Below are positions 35,884 through 44,219 of a stretch of DNA of 61,281 nucleotides, piece after piece. The stretch's first letter is position 1. Each line of letters begins with the position of its first letter. Under the pieces are notes generated by a model that saw nothing but the letters and a program-made list of their open reading frames with translations, was not told the origin of the DNA and did not search any database. This DNA is from Candidatus Bipolaricaulota bacterium (GTDB lineage Bacteria > Bipolaricaulota > Bipolaricaulia > RBG-16-55-9 > DRXL01), in the NCBI GenBank assembly GCA_030550495.1, contig JAUQPG010000003.1, positions 1-61,281 on the forward strand. Reading direction: 5' to 3'. The translations under genes and the position numbers were made by a program.

Positions 35884-36166
35884 AAACTCAAGGAGGTTGA
35901 ACCTTCTCAAAAGATAGAGAAGGGCAAGAGGAGAAGAGCTTGGCCTGCGGCTCGCGCCGCACTACGAGGGCCGCTGGGGAAAAATCCCGCCGAGGCTGCA
36001 GGCAAAACCCTGGACAACCCCCGGAGGGCGTCACGCCCAGCCAAGCTCTTCGCTCTTTAGGAGGTGTGCGAGGAGTCTCAAGTAATACCCAGCCCTTCCC
36101 CCCGTCATAATAAAAAAACCCCTTTCCCGCAGGTTGTTTAAAGAAAGCACTTGAGAATCCCTCGCA
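35884..36166 (+). ncRNA. candidate structured non-coding RNA of unassigned family
   Basis: It lies downstream of the strong promoter. A perfect 12-bp long-range helix pairs GAAGAGCTTGGC (35933..35944) with GCCAAGCTCTTC (36040..36051). A second 8+6-bp helix pairs 36068..36083 with 36149..36165. Local GC hairpins sit inside both. The ends are not defined. Confidence 0.3.
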
Positions 36167-36261
36167 CTTGTGGACATCCCCTCTCACCTTGAGCTTACCT
36201 TAGTCTTGGTCTCTTTAACAGAGCAAGAACCTGTATCACCAAGGATGGTGATCTTGATCAC

Positions 36262-37626
36262 CTACAGGGGCGCAAAGCGGGCGATAAAGTGTCGCAGCGG
36301 CCCTTCCCCAAAGATCAGCTTTACTCCACGGATCGCATCCCGCTGATCTCGTATTGTCTGGAGAGTTTCGACGACGTGATCGAGATGCTCTTGGGTGTAG
36401 ACGCGCCGGGGAATCGCTAAGCGCACGAGTTCGAGCTTGGGGTAGATCTCCTGGCCCGTCTTCTCATCGCGCTTGGCAAACATGGTGCTGCCGATCTCAA
36501 CGGCCCGCACCCCGCCCTCGCGATAGAGCGCGATCACCAACGCTTGCGCAGGAAATTCTCTCTGGGGGATATGGGGCAGAAATCGCAATGCATCAATATA
36601 GACAGCGTGCCCACCGATGGGCTCAACGATCGGAATCTTTTCGGCCTTGAGGCGTTCGCCCAGATAGCGTGCCTGCCCAATTCTATCGCGCAAATACTCT
36701 TCATCGAGAGCTTCGTACAGGCCGACAGCGATAGCTTCCAAGTCGCGCCCAGCAAGCCCCCCGTAAGTCGGAAACCCCTCGAAGAGGATGAGCTTCTGCA
36801 CGCAGCGCCAGTATAAGTCTTCGTCGTTCATCGCCAAGAGACCACCGATATTCGTGATCGCGTCCTTCTTAGCTGAGAAGGTCATGCCGTCAGCCAACGA
36901 GAAGATTTCGCGAGCTATCTCGATGGGCTTCTTGTGAGAGAAACCGGGCTCGCGCTCTTTGATGAAGAAACAGTTCTCGGCGAAGCGACAGGCGTCGAGA
37001 AAGAACGGGATTTTATGAGCTCTTGCGATCTCGCTAACGGCGCGAATATTGTTCAGTGAGACGGGTTGGCCGCCCCCAGAGTTGTTCGTGATCGTGAGCA
37101 TAATCACGGGGATGCACTCGCGCCCGTGCTTTCGGATAAGAGCTTCGAGAGCCTCGACGTCCATATTGCCCTTGAAAGGGTGCTCTTTAGTCGGGTCATA
37201 GGCGTCTTCGATGACGAGATCGACGGGCTGGCCACCGGCAGCTAAGACGTTCGCGCGCGTCGTGTCAAAGTGCATATTGTTGGGGACGATGTCGCCGGGC
37301 TTGACGAGCGTCGAGAAGAGAATATGCTCGGCGGCGCGCCCTTGATGCGTGGGCATAAAGTACTGAAAGCCGAAGATATCTTTGACGGCTTTCTCGAGGC
37401 GATAGAAGCTTTGGGCGCCGGCGTAGGACTCGTCGCCCTGCATCAATGCCCCCCACTGGGCGTGGCTCATCGCGCCTGTGCCCGAATCCGTCAATAAGTC
37501 AATATAGATATCTTCGGCACGGAGTCGAAAGACGTTGTAGTCGGCTTCTTTGAGCTTCTGTTCACGCTCAACGCGCGAGAGGAGCCTAATGGGTTCGACG
37601 ACCTTGATCTTGTACGGTTTAAACAC
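36262..37626 (-). CDS. beta-eliminating lyase (tryptophanase / tyrosine phenol-lyase family), PLP-dependent
   Basis: [16 protein letters not shown]...THQGRAAE...[12 protein letters not shown]...[10 protein letters not shown]. The start is moved to the GTG at 37626 because GAGGAGG lies 6 nt upstream of it and inside the track ORF. Confidence 0.92.
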   Translation of the reverse strand: MFKPYKIKVVEPIRLLSRVEREQKLKEADYNVFRLRAEDIYIDLLTDSGTGAMSHAQWGALMQGDESYAGAQSFYRLEKAVKDIFGFQYFMPTHQGRAAEHILFSTLVKPGDIVPNNMHFDTTRANVLAAGGQPVDLVIEDAYDPTKEHPFKGNMDVEALEALIRKHGRECIPVIMLTITNNSGGGQPVSLNNIRAVSEIARAHKIPFFLDACRFAENCFFIKEREPGFSHKKPIEIAREIFSLADGMTFSAKKDAITNIGGLLAMNDEDLYWRCVQKLILFEGFPTYGGLAGRDLEAIAVGLYEALDEEYLRDRIGQARYLGERLKAEKIPIVEPIGGHAVYIDALRFLPHIPQREFPAQALVIALYREGGVRAVEIGSTMFAKRDEKTGQEIYPKLELVRLAIPRRVYTQEHLDHVVETLQTIRDQRDAIRGVKLIFGEGPLRHFIARFAPL

Positions 37627-37660
37627 TGCGGGCCTCCTCAATCTCGAGCATCTGAATTCT

Positions 37661-38182
37661 CTAGAAGACTTTCGTGTCTTTGCGCGCTTTCGGCCCTTCT
37701 TTCTTCAGTCGCTCGTATTCTTTCAGCAGCATCAGGCGCTTCGTCTGGCTGAGATAATCAATGAAGAGCACTCCGTCTAAGTGATCGATCTCGTGTTGGA
37801 GGACCCGCGCCGCGAGTCCGTCGCGCTCTAAGAGAATCTCTTTTCCATCGGGGTCGAGCGCCCGCACGGTGACTTTCGCTGGGCGGGGGAACTCAGCTTC
37901 AATCCCAGGGATGCTCAGGCACCCTTCGACCCAGACTTCCGTCTCATCGCTCTTTTTTATAATTTCTGGGTTGATGAGCGCGTAGAAGTCGTCTTCGACG
38001 TCGATAGTGATGATGCGTTTGAGCACGCCCACTTGTGGCGCAGCCAAACCATAGCCCTTGGCCAAGACCATCGTCTCGATCATCTGATCAGCAAGACGCT
38101 TGATTTCGTCGTCAATGGCTGAGATCTCTTGCGCGCGTCGGCGCAGGATCGGGTCTGGGTACTTTCGGATTCTCAGAGCCAT
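37661..38182 (-). CDS. def: peptide deformylase
   Basis: [18 protein letters not shown], and QHEIDHLDG. The start is taken at [11 protein letters not shown]. Confidence 0.93.
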   Translation of the reverse strand: MALRIRKYPDPILRRRAQEISAIDDEIKRLADQMIETMVLAKGYGLAAPQVGVLKRIITIDVEDDFYALINPEIIKKSDETEVWVEGCLSIPGIEAEFPRPAKVTVRALDPDGKEILLERDGLAARVLQHEIDHLDGVLFIDYLSQTKRLMLLKEYERLKKEGPKARKDTKVF

Positions 38183-38192
38183 ACGGGTTATT

Positions 38193-38221
38193 ATTATAAG
38201 AGTATGATTAGCGTTTAGCCA
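38193..38221 (-). promoter_or_regulatory. possible promoter for def (leaderless geometry)
   Basis: On the minus strand: TGGCTA (38221..38216), 17-bp spacer, TATAAT (38198..38193), 10 nt before the ATG at 38182. Confidence 0.35.
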
Positions 38222-38432
38222 GTGCACGTGATACGAACGCCATACTCATGGAGTGCTCCTGCTGACAGCTGTTCCGGCCCCATCCTCGAGCCTACTCCAA
38301 GAAGCGTTAACAGATTCAAAGCTGCTCGCAGTTAAAGCCCAGCTGGAGCGCCGTGGGTTTGGCATTAAGGCAGAGGATGGTACAGCGGAGGCACACAGTC
38401 CCTATCTATCCCCGTGCAAATCACCCCCTAGG

Positions 38433-38449
38433 AGCTATAATTTATAGCT
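38433..38449 (+). promoter_or_regulatory. -10 element embedded in a 17-bp palindrome upstream of the 38466 gene
   Basis: AGCTATAA-T-TTATAGCT (8-bp arms). TATAAT at 38436..38441, AGGAG at 38451..38455, ATG at 38466. Confidence 0.3.
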
Positions 38450-38465
38450 AAGGAGATGAATTTAT

Positions 38466-39497
38466 ATGATGAAGTACATGCTGCTAGTAACAGCTGTCAT
38501 GGGACTTCTAGGCCTGGGTATACTCACACCCAGGGGAGAGGAGATAGTCAGCCAAGAGCGGCCTTTCGTCGTGCGGGTGCCCCGAGATTTTCCCACTATC
38601 CAGCAAGCCATTGATGCGGTGGTCGAAGGCGGGACGGTGCTCATCGGGCCGGGTTTGTACAAAGAGAACTTGACGATCACCAAGAGCGTGCGCCTCGTGG
38701 GCGCAGGACAAGAGCGCGTGCAGATCCAAGGCAGATTTGAAGGCTCCGATTCTAAGATCATCTCCTTCTTCTCCAGATCCATCCTGCAGATCTATATTCA
38801 GGACCTCACCATCGGTGATCCGACCTTTCCCATCGAGCAGGTTTTACCTCCTACTCCACCAATTCCAGAACCCTCATCAGTTACAGGGCTGTGGATACTA
38901 TTCGCACCGATGCAAATGGTCCTCAAGCGTGTAACAATCGGGGGATTACCCTCAGGGATGCTAGGTAGCTCAAGATATTATGACCAAGGGGTTGCTTTGT
39001 CTTCTCAGATCGTCTTAGAGGAAGTAAATGTTGTGCGTAATTTGATAGGGCTTTTTTTATCCGGACCACTCACAGTGATCCGCTCCAAGATCGAGGAGAA
39101 TATAGCGGGCATCATTATGGATGGACAACTCACTATTGCTCAGAGTTCTGTGAGCAAGAATCGGTTTTTTGGCATTAGTCTCTCCCACCCTAGCAACCCT
39201 TATGGGGTGCAAGAGTTCATGGGGTACATAGTGGAAAATGAATTCAAGCAGAACGGTGTGGGCATTTCTCTAGCAAGCAGGGGAGTAGGGGACTGGATTG
39301 TGATAGGGAATAACCGTTTTGTTCAGAACGAACGGTATGGAGTAGTTATTCAAGATCCTGCTTGCCCTATCGATTCAGAGCCACCTTCAGATAAGAGTGC
39401 TCCAATTCATATCTTTGGGGGGAACAACGAGTTTCACAACAACGGCCAAGATCTCTGCCCTCCCGACTACCCCTGGCCGCCAGGGTTCCGGAAGTAG
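38466..39497 (+). CDS. secreted right-handed parallel beta-helix (pectin-lyase fold / NosD-like) protein
   Basis: Signal peptide MMKYMLLVTAVMGLLGLGIL. N-terminal cap VPRDFPTIQQAIDAVVEGGTVLIGPGLYKENLTI. PbH1-like coils follow. Confidence 0.8.
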   Translation: MMKYMLLVTAVMGLLGLGILTPRGEEIVSQERPFVVRVPRDFPTIQQAIDAVVEGGTVLIGPGLYKENLTITKSVRLVGAGQERVQIQGRFEGSDSKIISFFSRSILQIYIQDLTIGDPTFPIEQVLPPTPPIPEPSSVTGLWILFAPMQMVLKRVTIGGLPSGMLGSSRYYDQGVALSSQIVLEEVNVVRNLIGLFLSGPLTVIRSKIEENIAGIIMDGQLTIAQSSVSKNRFFGISLSHPSNPYGVQEFMGYIVENEFKQNGVGISLASRGVGDWIVIGNNRFVQNERYGVVIQDPACPIDSEPPSDKSAPIHIFGGNNEFHNNGQDLCPPDYPWPPGFRK

Positions 39498-39515
39498 CAG
39501 TGCCCTCAAACGCGA

Positions 39516-41252
39516 TCAGTGGCTTGGTGCAGCCTGCAACTCTGCTTTCAGAGTGTTTAAGAAAGCATCCAGCCCTTGGGCGTACGAAAGTTCGCGCTTG
39601 GCTCCGTCACAGCGCCTCTTCAGCTCTATAGTTTTATTTGTAATGCTGCGCGAGCCGATCACCAGGCGATAGGGAATCCCCATCAGATCAGCGTCGTTAA
39701 ATTTCACCCCGGCGCTCTCTGAACGATCATCGTAGAGCACCTCGAAGCCCGCGGCGCACAAGAGCGCGTAGAGCTTATCAGCGAGCTCAGTTTGCTCAGA
39801 GCGATCCGTATTGAGCACAAGCAGTGCGATTTGAAACGGCGCGATCTCTTCCGGCCAGATGATGCCCTTCTCGTCGTGATGGGCTTCGACGATAGCAGCC
39901 ATCAGCCGCCCAAGGCCAATGCCGTAGCAGCCCATGACGAGAAATTTTTCGCTGCCGTCTTGGGTGAGGATCTTCGCGCCCATCGCTTCGCTGTAGCGCG
40001 TGCCCAGCTTAAAAATATGCCCTAGCTCGATGGCGTTTTTAAGACTTAAAGGGCTATGACAGTTCGGGCAGGGATCGCCCTCGCGGACGAGCGCAATGTC
40101 GGCAATAATATCTGTAGTGAAATCGCGCCCGTAGTTGACGTTTCTCAGATGGAAGCCCTCTTTATTTGCGCCGGAGACGAGATTTCTCTCGCGGGTGACT
40201 GAATCGTCAGCGATGATCTTCACAGCGCTTTGCTTGGGCAACCCCATAGGGGACGCATACCCCGGCACGGCGCCGATAGAACGAATTTCAGCTTCCGTTG
40301 CGGGGCGCAGCGTGCGCGCTTGCGTAACGTTCGCGAGCTTGGTCTCGCTGACCTCGAGATCGCCGCGAATGAGCGCGAAGATAAAATCTGTCTCGTTCGC
40401 GATGTAGAAGACGGCTTTGGCCGTGCGATCTGGAGTAATCTGGAGAAATTCCGCAAGAGCCTGAATGCTCTCGCATCCCGGAGTAGAGACTTCTTCGAGC
40501 GGGAGCATCGGCTCTGTCGGGTTGACTGGGGCTTTGAATCTTTTGGCGATCTGGCGATTGGCTGCATAGCGACAGCTTTCACATAGCGCGACTTGGTCTT
40601 CGCCAACATCGCTGAGCAGCATGAATTCGTGCGAATCTCTTCCGCCGATCAGCCCTGGATCGCCCTGAGCGATCACGGGATCAAGCCCACAACGCTTGAA
40701 GATCCTTTCATACGCTTGGCGGATCTTCGGGTAGAAAGAATCTAAGTCTTCGTCGGAGCTATGAAAGCTATACGCGTCTTTCATGGTGAACTCTCGAACT
40801 CGGATGAGGCCGCCGCGTGGGCGCGGCTCGTCGCGAAACTTCGTCTGAATCTGATAGAGAACTAATGGAACTTGACGGTACGATCTGATCTCACGACGCA
40901 CAATATCTGTGACGGCCTCTTCGTGCGTTATCGCTAAAACAAGCTCGCGCTCAGCGCGGTCTTTGAAGCGCACGAGCTCTAGGCCGTACTGATACCAGCG
41001 TCCAGACTCTTGCCAGAGCTCTGCTGGTTGCACGATGGGCATGGAGATCTCTTGGCCGCCGATGGCGTCCATCTCTTCTCGGATAATTTTTTCGATCTTC
41101 AGTCGAACTCGCTGTCCCAATGGCAGTAGTGTGTAGATGCCCGCTGCCAGAGGGCGAATGAACCCGGCGCGAACTAAGAGTTTATGACTGATAAGCTCAG
41201 CTTCTTTTGGGGCATGGTGTAGTGTCGGGATGAGCGCGTGCGAGAATCGCAT
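39516..41252 (-). CDS. proS: prolyl-tRNA synthetase (bacterial type with editing domain)
   Basis: The start is taken at MRFSHALIPTLHHAPKEAELISHKLLVRAGFIR. Class II motifs and the INS editing domain are present. Confidence 0.95.
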   Translation of the reverse strand: MRFSHALIPTLHHAPKEAELISHKLLVRAGFIRPLAAGIYTLLPLGQRVRLKIEKIIREEMDAIGGQEISMPIVQPAELWQESGRWYQYGLELVRFKDRAERELVLAITHEEAVTDIVRREIRSYRQVPLVLYQIQTKFRDEPRPRGGLIRVREFTMKDAYSFHSSDEDLDSFYPKIRQAYERIFKRCGLDPVIAQGDPGLIGGRDSHEFMLLSDVGEDQVALCESCRYAANRQIAKRFKAPVNPTEPMLPLEEVSTPGCESIQALAEFLQITPDRTAKAVFYIANETDFIFALIRGDLEVSETKLANVTQARTLRPATEAEIRSIGAVPGYASPMGLPKQSAVKIIADDSVTRERNLVSGANKEGFHLRNVNYGRDFTTDIIADIALVREGDPCPNCHSPLSLKNAIELGHIFKLGTRYSEAMGAKILTQDGSEKFLVMGCYGIGLGRLMAAIVEAHHDEKGIIWPEEIAPFQIALLVLNTDRSEQTELADKLYALLCAAGFEVLYDDRSESAGVKFNDADLMGIPYRLVIGSRSITNKTIELKRRCDGAKRELSYAQGLDAFLNTLKAELQAAPSH

Positions 41253-41260
41253 ACACAGTT

Positions 41261-41623
41261 CTAGAGAGAAGAGACTCGACCATTGCTCCGCGCGTAGCGC
41301 CGCAAGATGCGCCACGTCTGCGCAAACGATCTATTCCGTAACAGTTTTTGGATGAGCCAGCTATGCTGCAGACGTCGCAGCGCGACGCGCTTTTGGGGGA
41401 CGTCCATCACCAGCAACGCCAAGAGAAAGAAGACGAACCCGGGCATGACCGGCAAGATCGAGCCGAGCACACCCAAGATAAAAAAGACCAGCGCGATCCC
41501 GTTGCGTACGAGGCTGCGCACTGAGAGGGGCACTAGTCCCCACAGGCGCTTGAGCATCAGCACCGACGCAACGAACGAGAGCGTCCCGATCAGCGCATTG
41601 AACAGCGTCCAGAGAACTTGCAT
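41261..41623 (-). CDS. small membrane protein, possibly PGPGW/YbaN-like
   Basis: Three predicted TM segments. The segment ILPVMPGFVFFLLALLV resembles the PGPG-type motif. Weak assignment. Confidence 0.45.
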   Translation of the reverse strand: MQVLWTLFNALIGTLSFVASVLMLKRLWGLVPLSVRSLVRNGIALVFFILGVLGSILPVMPGFVFFLLALLVMDVPQKRVALRRLQHSWLIQKLLRNRSFAQTWRILRRYARSNGRVSSL

Positions 41624-41779
41624 ATCAAGTCTTCGTCACCCAAGCCTTCCCTGTCATGATTATGCGCTCTATGAGATGCCAGACGAGGCCGCCCAAGCCA
41701 ACGCCCCAAGGTCACAGGTATAGCGAGCCAGCCAAGAATCGCTAATCGTATTGCTTGTCGCATGTCTTGCCAAAAACTT

Positions 41780-42856
41780 CTAGTGGGAATCACACTTGTA
41801 CTCCATCGCGACCTTGACTAGCTCATCGACGAGCTGCTCTTCCGGCACGCGCTTGTAGGGCTTGCCATCGATATAGATCGTCCCGGACTTCTCGTGGCCT
41901 ACTAGCCCAATATTGGAGTGCAACGCCTCCCCAGGTCCATTGACGACACAGCCGATCAGCGAGATCTTTATGGGCTTGTCGACGTGCTCCAAACGTTTCT
42001 GCACCTCAGCAACGATTTTTTCTAAGTCGATCCCGATCCGCCCACACGTCGGACACGACGTGTACTGAATCCCGCGCCAGCGGATGTGAAGCGCTGCTAA
42101 GATATCATACGCGACTTTAACTTCGCGCACGGGGTCACCCGTGAGCGAGCAGCGCAGCGTGTCCCCAATGCCCTCCAATAAGAGCGCCCCGATCCCCAGC
42201 GCCGACCGCGCGACCCCAGCATCTCCCAAGCCAGCTTCTGTCACTCCCAAGTGCAATGGGTATTTAATTTGCTTCGCGATCAGTCTGTACGATTCGATCA
42301 TCACCCGCACGTCGGTCGATTTCAGCGAGACGACTATGTCTGAGAAATTATTGTCTTCTAAGATCTCGATCTCGCGCAGGGCTGCCTCGACCATCGCTTC
42401 GGGGGTTGCGCCCTCGTATTTGACCAAGAGATCTTTGGGCAGCGATCCCGAATTGACCCCGATGCGAATGGGGATACCGCGATCTTTGGCAGCCTTGACG
42501 ACCTGCTCGATCTTCGCCCGGTCCGTGATGTTCCCCGGATTGAGACGCAGCTTGTCCACGCCCTGGTCGATGGCTTTGAGTGCTAAGCGATGATCGAAGT
42601 GAATATCCGCGACTAAGGGGATGCTGATGCGCTTCTTGATCTCAGCGAGCTGATTGGCTGCGTCCATATTCAAGACGGCGACGCGCACGATCTCGCACCC
42701 GGCTTGCTCTAATCTCTTGATCTGTCTCACGGTAGCTTCGACATCTCGCGTGTCGGTCGTGGTCATCGACTGCACGCGAATAGGATGAGTGCCGCCCAGC
42801 GTAAGCGGGCCGACTCGCACTTCTTTTGCCACTCGACGCTGAATCGGAGGGATCAT
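41780..42856 (-). CDS. ispG: 4-hydroxy-3-methylbut-2-en-1-yl diphosphate synthase
   Basis: Full-length GcpE pattern, including the C-terminal CPTCGR and GCVVNGPGE cluster ligands. Confidence 0.95.
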   Translation of the reverse strand: MIPPIQRRVAKEVRVGPLTLGGTHPIRVQSMTTTDTRDVEATVRQIKRLEQAGCEIVRVAVLNMDAANQLAEIKKRISIPLVADIHFDHRLALKAIDQGVDKLRLNPGNITDRAKIEQVVKAAKDRGIPIRIGVNSGSLPKDLLVKYEGATPEAMVEAALREIEILEDNNFSDIVVSLKSTDVRVMIESYRLIAKQIKYPLHLGVTEAGLGDAGVARSALGIGALLLEGIGDTLRCSLTGDPVREVKVAYDILAALHIRWRGIQYTSCPTCGRIGIDLEKIVAEVQKRLEHVDKPIKISLIGCVVNGPGEALHSNIGLVGHEKSGTIYIDGKPYKRVPEEQLVDELVKVAMEYKCDSH

Positions 42857-43278
42857 AGCAAATCCTTCAATAGATCGATGCGCCGGAGCATCCCCACGAA
42901 GACGCCATCCTTGTTGACGACCGGCAGCGACTTGACGTTTTTGCGAATCATCAAGTCTGCCGCCGTGAGGTCGTCCTCATCTTCTTCGATCGTGATGACC
43001 TCAGGAGTCATGTAGAACTCGATGCGGTCGTGCTCGATCTCGCGCAGCTTCTGCGACAAGTGATTCATATCTGTAATCCCGTAGAGCACTTCAAAATATC
43101 CGGGCAGTGCTCCCTCTATGATATCGCGCTCGGAGATGATCCCTACGATGCGGCCTTCTTCGTTGACGACCGGGACGCTGCTGAGCCCGCTGCGATAAAA
43201 GAGCTCGATCAGCTCCCGCACGGTCATACTTGGCTCTGCGGCCGTCAAGTCCTTTGTCATGATCTCTTTGACCTTCAT
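42853..43278 (-). CDS. CBS-domain pair protein
   Basis: Two CBS repeats (VKEIMTKDL...SVPVVNEEGRIVGIISERDI; ...LPVVNKDGVFVGMLRRIDL). Confidence 0.85.
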   Translation of the reverse strand: MKVKEIMTKDLTAAEPSMTVRELIELFYRSGLSSVPVVNEEGRIVGIISERDIIEGALPGYFEVLYGITDMNHLSQKLREIEHDRIEFYMTPEVITIEEDEDDLTAADLMIRKNVKSLPVVNKDGVFVGMLRRIDLLKDLL

Positions 43279-44219
43279 AGCTGTTCTATATGGATCTTAG
43301 GGAGCACGCGCTCGATGGCCATGCGGTCGGTCACGACGAGTTCCTCGCTTTCAGCGCTGGCAGTAGCAGCCGCCATGCCGAAGCGCGTCGCTTCGAGCAG
43401 CGAAGCCCCTTGCACCATAGCGCTGAGGGTGCCAGCAATGAGCGCATCTTCTGCCCCGAGGAGATTTTTGAACTGCACGTCGCGGGCTTCGAGGTCCCAC
43501 GCGCCTTCCCGAGTGATCAACAGATCATGAGTGATATGATGGGAGACCAAGACGGCTTCTATGCCCTGCGCGACCCACTCTCTCCCGACCTCTACAATCT
43601 CTTGAGAGGTCTTGAGGGAAGCCCCAGCGACATCGGTGCCCTGACGCGTATCGGGCTTGACCAGCCACGGCTTTTCAGGGAGCGCGTGCATGAGCGCCTT
43701 CCCTGCAGCGTTGACGATCACCGGCACGTGGCGTTGCTGCGCCAGGTGCGTTAGTTCTTGGTAGAACGTCTCCGGGACTCCAGGGGGCAGGCTGCCTCCA
43801 AGAAAGACATAGCGAGCTCGACTGACTGCCCGTTTATATTGAGTCAGAAAGCGTTTGATGGCTTCTGGAGGGATAGGCGGCCCCTGCTCTGTAATTTGAA
43901 TGGGTCTTTGCTCGTGCCCGCGCTCTAGGAGCGTCACGTTGGTGCGGGTCTCGCCCTCGACCCAAATAAAACTCGTTGTGATGCCCTCGTCGCGGACGCG
44001 ACGCTCGACAGCGCGCCCTGTCTCCCCTGCGATGAACCCCATCGCGATATTCTCTATCCCCATGCGCGCGAGGAAGATCGAGACGTTGATGCCCTTGCCC
44101 CCAGCTGTCAGATATGACCGGGTTGCGCGCATGACCGGCAGCTCGCCGTCGTCGAGAGCGAGTCTCTCAATCCAATAGATCTTGTCAATCGCTGGGTTGG
44201 GGGTGACGGTGATGATCAT
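43275..44219 (-). CDS. PfkB-family sugar-phosphate kinase (1-phosphofructokinase / tagatose-6-phosphate kinase type)
   Basis: ITVTPNPAIDK...GGKGINVS... and C-terminal GAEDALIAG. Confidence 0.88.
   Translation of the reverse strand: MIITVTPNPAIDKIYWIERLALDDGELPVMRATRSYLTAGGKGINVSIFLARMGIENIAMGFIAGETGRAVERRVRDEGITTSFIWVEGETRTNVTLLERGHEQRPIQITEQGPPIPPEAIKRFLTQYKRAVSRARYVFLGGSLPPGVPETFYQELTHLAQQRHVPVIVNAAGKALMHALPEKPWLVKPDTRQGTDVAGASLKTSQEIVEVGREWVAQGIEAVLVSHHITHDLLITREGAWDLEARDVQFKNLLGAEDALIAGTLSAMVQGASLLEATRFGMAAATASAESEELVVTDRMAIERVLPKIHIEQL

Noticed and set aside
36110-36140. An A7 run on the plus strand (T7 on the minus strand) next to G/C-rich runs might be a terminator for the lyase gene.
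   Set aside because: I could not find a complementary arm to form a stable hairpin directly upstream of the T-run on the minus strand.
35806-36187. Two track ORFs (84 aa on the plus strand, 99 aa on the minus strand) lie in the proC-lyase gap.
   Set aside because: The plus ORF starts upstream of the promoter I call. Neither has a ribosome-binding site, and both translate to Arg/Pro/Gly-rich low-complexity sequence. The long-range helices suggest RNA structure instead.
38228-38432. I examined the 200-bp gap upstream of the small beta-helix gene for a tRNA or ncRNA. It holds a 64-aa track ORF and a possible helix pairing CATCCTC with GAGGATG.
   Set aside because: There is no T-loop or anticodon-arm pattern. 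The helix is short with a large asymmetric loop, and the ORF has no ribosome-binding site. The evidence is too weak to call.
41590-41793. A 67-aa minus-strand ORF overlaps the ispG stop and the start of the next membrane-protein gene.
   Set aside because: It has no ribosome-binding site or recognisable family. It could be real, since it contains one hydrophobic segment, but I cannot support it.
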